From an uncultured Clostridia bacterium (GTDB lineage: Bacteria > Bacillota > Clostridia > TANB77 > CAG-508): a stretch of 64,000 bases of DNA. Location of the stretch: NCBI GenBank assembly GCA_944391755.1, contig CALXUT010000012.1, positions 9,727 to 73,726 on the forward strand. The letters are read 5' to 3'. The stretch's first letter is position 1, and each line of letters opens with the position of its first letter. A model generated the notes under the pieces. That model searched no databases, was not told the origin of the DNA, and worked only from the letters and a program-made list of their open reading frames with translations. Of this stretch, positions 25,656 to 35,425 are shown piece after piece. The position numbers and the translations under genes are program-made.

Positions 25656-27341
25656 GTGAGAAAAAAAATAATCATTGGAAGTATACTATTTTTTATACTA
25701 TTATTTACACAATATATTACAGCAAATGCACAAATAGCATCACAATCTACACAAGTAAATTCGGGAGAACAATTTTCGATAGCAGTGACATCCGATATTT
25801 CACTTTCAGCATATACAATACAGGCGAATTATCCAGGTTTAGAATTAGTTAATAGCTCTGGTGGAACTGGAGCAGGAACAGCAACGATTTCTAATGCATT
25901 AGCATCAGGAGGTACAACCAGTTTAGCAACTTTTACATTTAGAGCGCCAACAGTAAGCAAAGATACGCAATATACAATCACATTTTCAGGAAGTGGTATG
26001 GGAGATGAAAATCTCAATCCAGTTGCCAATTCACAATCTACATCAACAATTACTGTTAAAGCACCATCTAATCCTGGAAATGGAGGAGAAACAAACTCCA
26101 AGTCAACTGAAGCAAGACTAAGTAATTTAGGAATAACACCAAATGACTTTTCAGGATTCAGAAGAGATACAACAACATATACTGTAGAAGTTCCTAATGA
26201 TGTCAGTAAAGTAAAAATTTATGCAACACCATTAGACTCAAAAGCGACAGTAAGTGGAACAGGAACAGTGACATTAAAAGAAGGAGCAAATTCTTTTAAA
26301 ATAACAGTAACTGCTGAAGCAGGAAATACAAAAACATATACATTAAATATCACAAGAGTTTCAGCAACAGACGATACAGATGATTCTGAAAACGAAGAAT
26401 CAGAAGCAAGATTAAAAAATTTGGGAATTAAACCAGAAGAATATGATTTTTCAGGATTTAAAAGAGATACGACATCTTATAGTGTAGAAGTTCCAAATGA
26501 AGTTACAGAAATAGAAGTATATGCAGAGCCAGTAAGTTCAAAAGCACAAATAACAGGAACCGGAACAATAACATTAAATGAGGGAGTAAACAAAGTCGAA
26601 GTCAAAGTAACAGCAGAAGATGGAACAGAAATGGTGTATACTCTAGAAATAACAAGAGTAGCTTCAACAACAAATGAAGAAGAGCCAGAAACTAATAAAG
26701 AATTAGGATTATCTTCATTAAATATAAAAAACTTTAGTTTAAGTCCAAAATTTGATCCTGAAACATATGAATATACATTAGGAATCAGAAATGATATTGA
26801 TTCATTGGAGATTGAAGCAAAAGCGAATAATTCAAATGCGACAGTAGAGATAGTTGGTAATGAAAACTTAAAAGATGGTGAGAATATTATCACAATCTTA
26901 GTAAGTAATGCAGAAACAGAAGAATATGCTACCTATCAAATCATTGTAAATAAAAATGCAGAATCAGAAGTGGCTGGAACAGTAGATTGGACAAAGCCAT
27001 CAACATGGGGATTAAAAGAAAAGATTATAGTGGGAGTTGCAGTTTTATTAGTAATTATTATCATTGTAGCAATTATCATAAAAATAAAATTAGCTAAAAA
27101 AGAGGATGAAGATTTAGATTTACCAGGAGCTGAAGAACTGGATAGAGCTTTAGCAGAACATCAAGAACTTGAAGATGAAACAAAAGGTCAGGATGAGGAA
27201 TTTATAGAAACAAGTGAAAACGATAATCAATATAATGATTATTATACAAATAGTGTAGAACAAGAAAAGCCAAAATCTGATATTGAAAGAGCTCAAGAAT
27301 ATTTTGAATCCTATACAAAAAGGAAAGGAAAACATTTTTAG
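25656..27341 (+). CDS. Membrane-anchored surface protein: N-terminal cohesin-like beta-sandwich (tentative), 3 cadherin-like beta-sandwich repeats, a TM segment, and an acidic cytoplasmic tail
   Basis: GTG start after GGAAGGAG, with a signal peptide. Three repeats of the type ARLSNLGITPNDFSGFRRDTTTYTVEVPNDVSKVKIYATP...YTLNITR are PF12733-like. The TM is IIVGVAVLLVIIIIVAIIIKI. Confidence 0.65.
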   Translation: MRKKIIIGSILFFILLFTQYITANAQIASQSTQVNSGEQFSIAVTSDISLSAYTIQANYPGLELVNSSGGTGAGTATISNALASGGTTSLATFTFRAPTVSKDTQYTITFSGSGMGDENLNPVANSQSTSTITVKAPSNPGNGGETNSKSTEARLSNLGITPNDFSGFRRDTTTYTVEVPNDVSKVKIYATPLDSKATVSGTGTVTLKEGANSFKITVTAEAGNTKTYTLNITRVSATDDTDDSENEESEARLKNLGIKPEEYDFSGFKRDTTSYSVEVPNEVTEIEVYAEPVSSKAQITGTGTITLNEGVNKVEVKVTAEDGTEMVYTLEITRVASTTNEEEPETNKELGLSSLNIKNFSLSPKFDPETYEYTLGIRNDIDSLEIEAKANNSNATVEIVGNENLKDGENIITILVSNAETEEYATYQIIVNKNAESEVAGTVDWTKPSTWGLKEKIIVGVAVLLVIIIIVAIIIKIKLAKKEDEDLDLPGAEELDRALAEHQELEDETKGQDEEFIETSENDNQYNDYYTNSVEQEKPKSDIERAQEYFESYTKRKGKHF

Positions 27342-27350
27342 GATAATAAA

Positions 27351-27381
27351 ATAGGTATATACTATAATAGTATATACCTAT
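27351..27381. terminator. Bidirectional terminator between convergent genes
   Basis: ataggtatatacta-taa-tagtatatacctat is a perfect 14-bp stem flanked by an A-run and a T-run. Confidence 0.75.
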
Positions 27382-27384
27382 TTT

Positions 27385-28419
27385 TTAAAAAACGATATTA
27401 CTAATGATTAATGCAATAATGGCAATGGCATTCCATGAGGCATGTAGAAAAACATTACTTGCTATATTTCTAGTTTTTACATAATTTAATGAAAATGCAA
27501 ATCCTAAAATAGAATAAGGGATGATAAATAATAATTGAGGAATACTACTTGCAACTGTAACATGTAATCCGCCAAAAATTAGAGAGCTTAGTATTAGAAA
27601 TACAATATCATTTTTGATGAATTTTTTCATAAATCCTCTAAACATCAATTCTTCTGTAAGTGGAGCAATAATAATGGCAATAGGTGCTGAAACATATAAA
27701 GGCCAACTGTTGATAATAGACTGATTTGTAGATATATTACCAATAAGTGAAACTAATGATAAATTTGCAAACAAGTAGGCAAGAAAAATAATTCCAAATC
27801 GAGGTAACATATTAGAAATATATATTTTAAAGTTTTTTATAAATAGGATAGTATCTCTTTTTAGTTCATTCCACATAGGAACAATTAAAAATGTAATTTG
27901 TATGATATACAATAATGCAATATAAAGTAAAGCGGTAAATCTACTTGTTGGACTTGGTAATAAATTTGTAAAAGGTGTATAACAAATAATAAACAAAAAG
28001 ACAAATATTGAAAAATATACATACCATTTATGTTTCGTGATATTTTCTATTTCAGGCAAAGGTTTCTTTTCTTTTACAGGAATTTCTACATCTTTTGTTT
28101 TATTACATACTAATATAATACATAGTATTCCTACAACAATATTAAAAATATTTCCTAATAAAATTTGTAGAATACTCAGAAGAATGATTCTTTTTTTATT
28201 TTCTATTGGATTTTTATAAATAAAAAATAATAAAATAAAATTCGTTATAGCACAAATACTAAGAAATATTGCTTGTGAAGTATTAGAAATAGAAATATCT
28301 GTATTAAAGCTTTCTAAATCTATATTCCCTGAAAATATATTAAATGCATAGGATAAGTCTAAAAGTAAGACCAAAATACAAGATACTAACATGATTATTT
28401 TTTTGGTTTTAAGTTTCAT
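27385..28419 (-). CDS. CPBP (CAAX) family intramembrane metalloprotease
   Basis: 344 aa and polytopic. Motifs are TEELMFRGF, FGGLH and FLHASWN. Confidence 0.8.
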   Translation of the reverse strand: MKLKTKKIIMLVSCILVLLLDLSYAFNIFSGNIDLESFNTDISISNTSQAIFLSICAITNFILLFFIYKNPIENKKRIILLSILQILLGNIFNIVVGILCIILVCNKTKDVEIPVKEKKPLPEIENITKHKWYVYFSIFVFLFIICYTPFTNLLPSPTSRFTALLYIALLYIIQITFLIVPMWNELKRDTILFIKNFKIYISNMLPRFGIIFLAYLFANLSLVSLIGNISTNQSIINSWPLYVSAPIAIIIAPLTEELMFRGFMKKFIKNDIVFLILSSLIFGGLHVTVASSIPQLLFIIPYSILGFAFSLNYVKTRNIASNVFLHASWNAIAIIALIISNIVF

Positions 28420-28589
28420 GGTTCAAATCTCCTTATAAAAAGTATTATACTATGAATATATTTTTTATTCAAGATAAGATGACTAATTTATTTTACATAT
28501 GAAAAGATGGTATAGATATTGCTTTTTGGAATGAAATATATTATAATGTGTAAGGTAACTTTTTTGATATAAAAATAAAAAATATAAAC

Positions 28590-28665
28590 GCCACTATAGC
28601 TCAGTTGGTAGAGCGACGGATTCGTAACCCGTAGGTCAGCAGTTCGATTCTGCTTAGTGGCTCCA
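28590..28665 (+). tRNA. tRNA-Thr(CGU)
   Basis: Acceptor gccacta/tagtggc, anticodon arm acgga-TTCGTAA-cccgt, T arm cagca-gttcgat-tctgc region, and an encoded CCA. A TTGCTT-17-TATAAT promoter lies upstream and a terminator hairpin (tagcaag...cttgcta + T7) downstream. Confidence 0.9.
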
Positions 28666-28826
28666 GATATAGCAAGGCATTAAATCTTTGCTATTTTTTT
28701 ATAATTCTGAAAAAAGTGACAAAAATTTAAAACAGGATTGTGAAACAAATAACAGAGTGATATAATTTATCAAAATATAAAAAATAAATATAGATTGCTA
28801 CATAAAAATTATAGAAGGAGGTAACC

Positions 28827-29759
28827 ATGGAAAACAGATATATAGATATGCATATACATACAAACAATTCTGATGGTTCATTAACAGTAGGAACAGTATT
28901 AAAAAAAGCTGAGGAACTACAATTAGATATTATTTCTATAACAGACCATAACACCGTATCTGCTTATGATGAAATGGAAGATAAAAAAATTAGAAATTTC
29001 TATAAAGGTAAGATAATACCAGGAATAGAAATTACAACAACCTATAATGGAGAAATCATTGAGATATTAGGATATGGAATAAATACATCTAAAATGAAAG
29101 CATTGCTAAAAGAAAATTTATGCCATATAGAAAATAGAAAAGCAGTAGAAACACAATTAACACTAAATACTTTAAAAAATTATGGAGTATATTTTAGTCC
29201 AGAATTTGAAAAAAACATAATAGAAAATCCAGAAATATTATTCAATACAAAAAAAGGACCAAGCAAAACATCATTTATAGAAGAATTAAAAAAATATCCA
29301 CAAAATGCCAAATTTTTTGAGAGTCAAGAACAGATGGAGCGAATGACCTATAGAGATTTTTCAAGACAATTTATGTATAACCCAAAAAGTAAGTTATATG
29401 TAAATCAAAGTCAATTCTATATATCTTTAGAAAAAACAATAGATATGATACATGAAGCAGGAGCATTTGCATTTCTTGCGCATCTATATGAATATTCACC
29501 AACAATAGCAGAAAATCTAGAAAATATAACAAACAATTATACATTAGATGGAATAGAATGTTATTATACAACCTTTACAAAAGAGCAATCTCAATTTTTA
29601 GAAAAATACTGTAAGGAACATCAATTATATAAATCTTGTGGTAGTGATTTTCATGGATATGAAATAAAACCCAATAATCCTATGGGACTAGCAACTGAAA
29701 AAGAAAAAATGAATGAGTCAATCATAAGTGAATGGATAGAGAAAGTAAATAAAATATAG
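28827..29759 (+). CDS. PHP-domain phosphoesterase (TrpH/YciV-like)
   Basis: DMHIHTNNSDGS, ISITDHNT, and a C-terminal GSDFHG. Confidence 0.75.
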   Translation: MENRYIDMHIHTNNSDGSLTVGTVLKKAEELQLDIISITDHNTVSAYDEMEDKKIRNFYKGKIIPGIEITTTYNGEIIEILGYGINTSKMKALLKENLCHIENRKAVETQLTLNTLKNYGVYFSPEFEKNIIENPEILFNTKKGPSKTSFIEELKKYPQNAKFFESQEQMERMTYRDFSRQFMYNPKSKLYVNQSQFYISLEKTIDMIHEAGAFAFLAHLYEYSPTIAENLENITNNYTLDGIECYYTTFTKEQSQFLEKYCKEHQLYKSCGSDFHGYEIKPNNPMGLATEKEKMNESIISEWIEKVNKI

Positions 29760-29809
29760 AGAATGAATAAAAAACAAGTCTAACTTTAAAGAAAAAGTTA
29801 GACTTTATT

Positions 29810-31189
29810 TTATTCCACAATCATTGGACCAATTTCAGTAACAGTTCCTGCTCCTAAAGTTAAAACCAAATCATCTGGTTTTACATTCTCTTTTAAATAA
29901 GAAGCGCAATCTTTAAGAGAAGGAATGTATTTAGCATTTTTTCCTAATCTAATAATTTCATCGACTAAATCTTTAGAAGTAATATTGTAAGTATTGGTTT
30001 CTCTTGCAGCATATATATCTGTTACTATAATATGGTCAAAATTTAATAATGCTTGTGCAAATGCATGTAAATGATTATATGTTCTACTATATGTATGAGG
30101 TTGAAAAACCACCCAAGACTGATGGTAGTGTTTGTTTTTTAATGCTTTGGCTGTTGCCAAAACTTCTGTAGGATGATGACCATAATCATCATAAACTTTA
30201 GCACCATTAACCATTCCCTTAAATTCAAATCGTCTGTCAGCACCTGTGAATTTTTCCAAAGCGACTTTCATATCATTTTTGGAAATGTTATAAGCATCAC
30301 ATAAAGCAATACAAGATAAAGCATTTAACACATTATGCTTACCAGGAATAGAAAGTTTAAAATATTCATAAAACACATTAGATTTATAAACATCAAATTC
30401 AGGAAATCCGTTTTCATCAAATTCAATGTTTTTGGCTAAAAAATCAACATCTTCGTTTTCAATACCATATTTAATGCAAGGTGCTTTCGAATAAATAGGC
30501 AAATCTAGGCAATGATTATCATCGGCATTGATAATTAAGTGACCATCTTCTGGTAATAATTGAACATATTTTATGAAGGCTTTTTTTACATTTTCTATAT
30601 TTTTATAATAATCTAAATGATCATTATCAATATTTAAAATAATTTCAGATCTAGGACTAAATTTTAAAAAGCTCTCTACATATTCACAGGCCTCTATAAT
30701 AAAATTTTCACTATTTCCAATTCTATAATTTCCATCAAGTTCTTTAATAATGGCACCAACTTGAATGCTCGGATCTTTTTGTGCTTCTAAAAAACACAAA
30801 GATACAAGAGAGGTAGTTGTCGTTTTTCCATGAGTGCCAGAAATCGCAATTGTATTTTGATAACATCTAGTCAGTTCACCAAGGAAATCAGATCTCTCAA
30901 TAACAGGAATCCCAAGCTCTTTGGCATGTACTAATTCGGGATTATCGTCATGAATGGCAGCAGTATAGACTACACAATCAGCTCCTTCAACATGTTTGGC
31001 ATCATGACCTACAAAAGTCTTAATTCCAGCTTTTGCTAGAGTATGTAATAATTCAGAATCTATTCTATCACTACCTGAGACAACAAAACCCCAATTAAGA
31101 AGAATTTCTGCTATTCCGCTCATACTGACTCCGCCAATTCCAATCATATGTATTTTTTTATATTTTTTTATATTATCAATGTTAGGCAT
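29810..31189 (-). CDS. murC: UDP-N-acetylmuramate--L-alanine ligase
   Basis: HMIGIGGVSMSG, ISGTHGKTTTTS and DDYGHHP. The start is the ATG after GAGGAG. Confidence 0.92.
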   Translation of the reverse strand: MPNIDNIKKYKKIHMIGIGGVSMSGIAEILLNWGFVVSGSDRIDSELLHTLAKAGIKTFVGHDAKHVEGADCVVYTAAIHDDNPELVHAKELGIPVIERSDFLGELTRCYQNTIAISGTHGKTTTTSLVSLCFLEAQKDPSIQVGAIIKELDGNYRIGNSENFIIEACEYVESFLKFSPRSEIILNIDNDHLDYYKNIENVKKAFIKYVQLLPEDGHLIINADDNHCLDLPIYSKAPCIKYGIENEDVDFLAKNIEFDENGFPEFDVYKSNVFYEYFKLSIPGKHNVLNALSCIALCDAYNISKNDMKVALEKFTGADRRFEFKGMVNGAKVYDDYGHHPTEVLATAKALKNKHYHQSWVVFQPHTYSRTYNHLHAFAQALLNFDHIIVTDIYAARETNTYNITSKDLVDEIIRLGKNAKYIPSLKDCASYLKENVKPDDLVLTLGAGTVTEIGPMIVE

Positions 31190-31415
31190 AGTAAACACTC
31201 CTCATAATTTTATAAAACAAATTATATACTTATATAATGTAAATTTCAAGATTTTTGTTCCAAATAATTTAAAAAACAATGTTATTTTTTATTGTAATTT
31301 AAACGTGAAATGCTGTTTTTTATTAATTGTAAAATTATTGACAATTAATATATATAAATGATATATAATATTAAAAATAGATTGTCTCAATCAAAATATG
31401 AGAGGAGAAAAACAA

Positions 31416-33038
31416 ATGAAAAAACAAAATGGAATAACATTAATTGCGTTAGTTGTAACAATTATAGTGTTATTAATATTGGCAACAATAAGTGTATCAG
31501 TACTAATGGGAAATGATGGAATCATTAATTCTTCAAAAGATGCTAAGGATGATACAGAGATAGCAGAAGAAAAAGAAATTCTATCAACAGCAACTGCACA
31601 AGCCATTGCACAAGACGTGTATGGAAATATTATAAAAGATGTTTTACAAAATGAATTAGATAAAGAAACTGGAAACGGAAAAACAGAAGTATTTGATGTA
31701 GGAGAAACACTAGAAGTCTTATTTACAGAAACAAATAGATATTATAGTATAGATAAAGATGGAAAGATAATTGATTCTAATAATATAATAATAGATAAAA
31801 ATCCAGGAGATATTACAAAAGATGAAAATGGAAATGCTTTAGATGGAAGTAAAAATCATCCATTTGAAATATGGTGTATAGAAGATTTAGTATCATTTTC
31901 AAATATGGTAAATGGAAGTGGTAAAAAATTTGTTAATGGGCAAGTCATTTCAATTGAAGAAGGTGAAGAATTTAAACAAAAATACATATCTTTGAAAGTT
32001 GACTTGAATTTTTCTTCTATATTTTCATACATAGATAGTGAGAGAACTGATTTTGGAGATTTGAATGGAAATATAAATGATGGTAACCAATTAATGACAG
32101 AAATGACTACAGGAACAGGTTTTTCTCCAATTGGGTATAGAAATTGGAAATTTAATGGGACATTTAATGGTGAAAATCATACAATAACAAATCTTTATGA
32201 GAAAAATCGAACAGATAGTGATGTATTAGGATTATTTGGAATAATAAAAAATTCTACAGTTCAAGATGTAACTGTTAAAGGGAGAATTGTTACAGAAGGA
32301 TATTTAACAGATAGATTTACTAGTGTAGGGGGAATTGTAGGATATGGAAGTGGAAAAATAATAAATTGCATTAGTGATGTTGAAATAGATATAACTGGAT
32401 ATGGAGCTGCTGGAATTCTAGGAAGAGAATTTGAGAATGCAGAGATAATCAATTGCGTTAATTTGGGAACAATAAATAATACAACAGAAAGTACAGGAGG
32501 AATCGTAGGCAGAAGTGAAGATGATGTCAAAATTTATAATTGTTATAATCTAGGAGATATAAATTCAAATGGTTACCAAGTAGGAGGAATACTTGGATAT
32601 AGTATAGGAAAAGTAACAATTACAAATGTTTACAATATTGGAAATATCCCATTAAACGGACCACAAGGAAGAGGGGGAATAATAGGGAGTTTAGGACAAT
32701 CTTCTTTAGGAGCGGATATAAAAAATGCATATAATTTTGGAAACATAATAGAAAATAATGTGAATTGGATGTATGGAGCTGGAGGAATATGTGGAAGGCT
32801 GTATAACAGTTCAACAAAATTAAATATAGAAAATTCATATTATCTAAGATCTTCTTGTAGTAAAGCAGTAGGTGCAAGAGAGGATAGTGAATATGATGTA
32901 GAAAAACGAGAAGAAATAAATGCTACAGAAATGCAAGAAGTATTTAATACGTATATACAAAATAGTTCAGATGGAACAGATACTTCAGAATGGAAGATAT
33001 GGAAAATAGAAGAGGGACAACAATATCCAATATTTTAA
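31416..33038 (+). CDS. Large pilin-leader protein with GLUG-motif repeats (putative pilus-associated adhesin)
   Basis: The N-terminus MKKQNG|ITLIALVVTIIVLLILATISVSVLMGNDGII is a paralog of the 3496 pilin leader. The C-terminal half has at least 6 GLUG-type repeats (GGIVGYGSGKIINC, AGILGREF..IINCVNLG, GGIVGRSEDDVKIYNCYNLG, VGGILGYSIGKVTITNVYNIG...). It has its own promoter, TTGACA-18-TATATA. Confidence 0.7.
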   Translation: MKKQNGITLIALVVTIIVLLILATISVSVLMGNDGIINSSKDAKDDTEIAEEKEILSTATAQAIAQDVYGNIIKDVLQNELDKETGNGKTEVFDVGETLEVLFTETNRYYSIDKDGKIIDSNNIIIDKNPGDITKDENGNALDGSKNHPFEIWCIEDLVSFSNMVNGSGKKFVNGQVISIEEGEEFKQKYISLKVDLNFSSIFSYIDSERTDFGDLNGNINDGNQLMTEMTTGTGFSPIGYRNWKFNGTFNGENHTITNLYEKNRTDSDVLGLFGIIKNSTVQDVTVKGRIVTEGYLTDRFTSVGGIVGYGSGKIINCISDVEIDITGYGAAGILGREFENAEIINCVNLGTINNTTESTGGIVGRSEDDVKIYNCYNLGDINSNGYQVGGILGYSIGKVTITNVYNIGNIPLNGPQGRGGIIGSLGQSSLGADIKNAYNFGNIIENNVNWMYGAGGICGRLYNSSTKLNIENSYYLRSSCSKAVGAREDSEYDVEKREEINATEMQEVFNTYIQNSSDGTDTSEWKIWKIEEGQQYPIF

Positions 33039-33161
33039 AATAAAAAAACAAAAAAATGTAAAAAAAAGAGGGAAAAAGAATTTTTGTGAAGAATAATAAT
33101 ATTAGTACATAAGAAACACGTCATATGTACAAATTTTTTAGAAACAGTGGAGGTGCACACA

Positions 33162-33434
33162 ATGCAAATAACAGACGTACGTTTAAGAAAAGTAAATTCA
33201 GAGAACAGAATGAAAGCTGTTGCTTCTGTAACATTCGATAATGAATTTGTTATTCATGACATAAAAGTTATCGAAAGTCAAAATGGATTATTCATCGCTA
33301 TGCCAAGCAGAAAAACTCCAAACGGAGAATTCAAAGACATAGCTCATCCAATCAATGCTGAAACAAGAGAGAAGATTCAAAAAGCTATATTAGAAGCTTA
33401 TGAAGCTCCTGAAACAGAAGAATCAGCAGAATAA
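33162..33434 (+). CDS. spoVG: Septation/sporulation regulator SpoVG
   Basis: [38 protein letters not shown]... An accccag-tttt-ggggt + T7 terminator follows. Confidence 0.92.
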   Translation: MQITDVRLRKVNSENRMKAVASVTFDNEFVIHDIKVIESQNGLFIAMPSRKTPNGEFKDIAHPINAETREKIQKAILEAYEAPETEESAE

Positions 33435-33627
33435 TAAATTTTACCCCAGTTTTGGGGTTTTTTTATTGAATAGAAAAAGTTGTTTTTTCCTATTTCATGA
33501 AAACATCTTCATATTAAAAGTTGATATATAAATAATACTCATATAGAGTATTATTTTTTCAAAATACTTGAAAAAACACCAAAAACAATGTAAAATAAAT
33601 AGGAATATAAAAGAAAGAGGAACAAAA

Positions 33628-34185
33628 ATGTATTTAATAGTAGGACTTGGAAATCCAGAAGAAGAATATAACAGAACAAGACATAATATGGGATTTCATG
33701 CAATCAATAAAATAGCAGAAAAATACAATTTAGAAATAAAGAAAAATAAATTTCAAGGCTTGTATGAAAATGCTTTAATAGAAAATCAAAAAGTTATATT
33801 CGTAAAACCACAAACATATATGAACTTAAGTGGAAAATGTGTGAAAGAGTTTGTTGAATTTTATAAAATAGAAAGTGACAAAATATTAATTATATATGAC
33901 GATATGGATATCGAACCAGGAAAAATAAAAATAAGAAAAAAAGGTAGTAGTGGTGGGCATAATGGAATAAAGTCAATAATAGAAGAGTTAGGAACAGAAG
34001 AATTTTCAAGAATAAGAATTGGAATAGGAAAGCCACAATATAAAAATGATAAAATAAATTATGTAATAGGAGAAATACAAGAGGAAGATATTGAGAAACT
34101 AGAAGAAGGGGGAGATAAAGCTAAGGATGCTGTTATAGAAATTTTAAAAAATGGGATAGATACAGCGATGAACAAATTTAATTAG
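33628..34185 (+). CDS. pth: Peptidyl-tRNA hydrolase
   Basis: MYLIVGLGNPEEEYNRTRHNMGF and GGHNGIKSI. The start is the ATG after AAGAGGAA. Confidence 0.9.
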   Translation: MYLIVGLGNPEEEYNRTRHNMGFHAINKIAEKYNLEIKKNKFQGLYENALIENQKVIFVKPQTYMNLSGKCVKEFVEFYKIESDKILIIYDDMDIEPGKIKIRKKGSSGGHNGIKSIIEELGTEEFSRIRIGIGKPQYKNDKINYVIGEIQEEDIEKLEEGGDKAKDAVIEILKNGIDTAMNKFN

Positions 34186-34197
34186 AAAGGCAAGAAA

Positions 34198-35382
34198 ATG
34201 ATAGAAATAATAGTTAATAGAGATAAAGAGCAAAAGATAATTGCGGCAATCGAAAATGGAAAATTGATAGAGGTTTATGAAGAAAATAAAGAAAATCAAA
34301 AGGCAAGGAATGAAGGAAACATATATGTAGGTATTGTAAAAGATATCGTGCCAGGAATGCAAGCAGCATTTATCAATATTGGAACAGAAAAGAATAGTTT
34401 TATACATGTAAAAGATGTAGTTCCACAAGTAGACGAAAAAGTCGAAAAAAGAATAGAAACGAACATAAAAGATGTTATAAAACCAAAACAAAAATTATTG
34501 GTACAAATTCAAAAGGATAGTAATGATAAAAAAGGAGCAAGAACATCAACACATATAAAGATAACAGGAAAATATGTAATTTTAATGCCAAATACAAATA
34601 TTGTAACCATATCACAAAAAATTGAAAATGAAAAAGAAAGAGAAAGATTAATAAAAATATTAAAAGAAAAATTGCCAGAAAATATGGGAGGAATCATAAG
34701 AACAGCAGCAGAAAACCAAAAAGAGGAAAATATATTAAAAGATTTACAATATTTAGAGAATAAATGGAACCATATAAAAGAAAGATTTAGTAAATGCAAA
34801 GACAAACCAGAATTACTATATAAAAGTCCAAGCATTGTTGAAAAAATCATAATAGATATGCCAGAAAATAAAATAAGTAGAATAGAAGTAAATAATAAAC
34901 TAGACTATGAAGAAATAGAAAAATATCTTAAAGAAATAAAACAAGAAAAAATAAAATTAGACTTAGCAGAAAAAGAGAATTTACTAGAAAAATATGAAAT
35001 TGAAAAACAAATAGAAAAATCAAAACAAAGAAAAATATGGTTAAATTGTGGAGGATTTATTACAATAGATCCTACAGAAGCATTAGTGGCAATAGATGTT
35101 AACTCAGGAAAGTTTACAGGAAAAAGTAATTTAGAAGATACCGTATATAAAGTAAATTATGAAGCAACAATAGAAATTGTAAAGCAATTAAGATTAAGAG
35201 ATATAGGTGGAATCATCATTATTGATTATATAGATATGCAAAAACAAGAAAATAAAGACAAAATAGAAAAATTATTAAAAGAACAATTAAAAGAAGATAG
35301 AGCCAAAACACAAGTAGAAGGATTTACAAAATTAAATTTAATGGAAATGACAAGAAAACATATATGTAGTCACAATAGCTAA
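34198..35382 (+). CDS. Rne/Rng (RNase E/G) family ribonuclease, short form
   Basis: S1-like N-terminus (GNIYVGIVKDIVPGMQAAFINIG), the DNase-I-like/5'-sensor region, and ALVAIDVNSGKF. Confidence 0.8.
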   Translation: MIEIIVNRDKEQKIIAAIENGKLIEVYEENKENQKARNEGNIYVGIVKDIVPGMQAAFINIGTEKNSFIHVKDVVPQVDEKVEKRIETNIKDVIKPKQKLLVQIQKDSNDKKGARTSTHIKITGKYVILMPNTNIVTISQKIENEKERERLIKILKEKLPENMGGIIRTAAENQKEENILKDLQYLENKWNHIKERFSKCKDKPELLYKSPSIVEKIIIDMPENKISRIEVNNKLDYEEIEKYLKEIKQEKIKLDLAEKENLLEKYEIEKQIEKSKQRKIWLNCGGFITIDPTEALVAIDVNSGKFTGKSNLEDTVYKVNYEATIEIVKQLRLRDIGGIIIIDYIDMQKQENKDKIEKLLKEQLKEDRAKTQVEGFTKLNLMEMTRKHICSHNS

Positions 35383-35425
35383 GAAATTGCAATCAAAATC
35401 AAAAATAATAAATTAAGGAGCAAAC

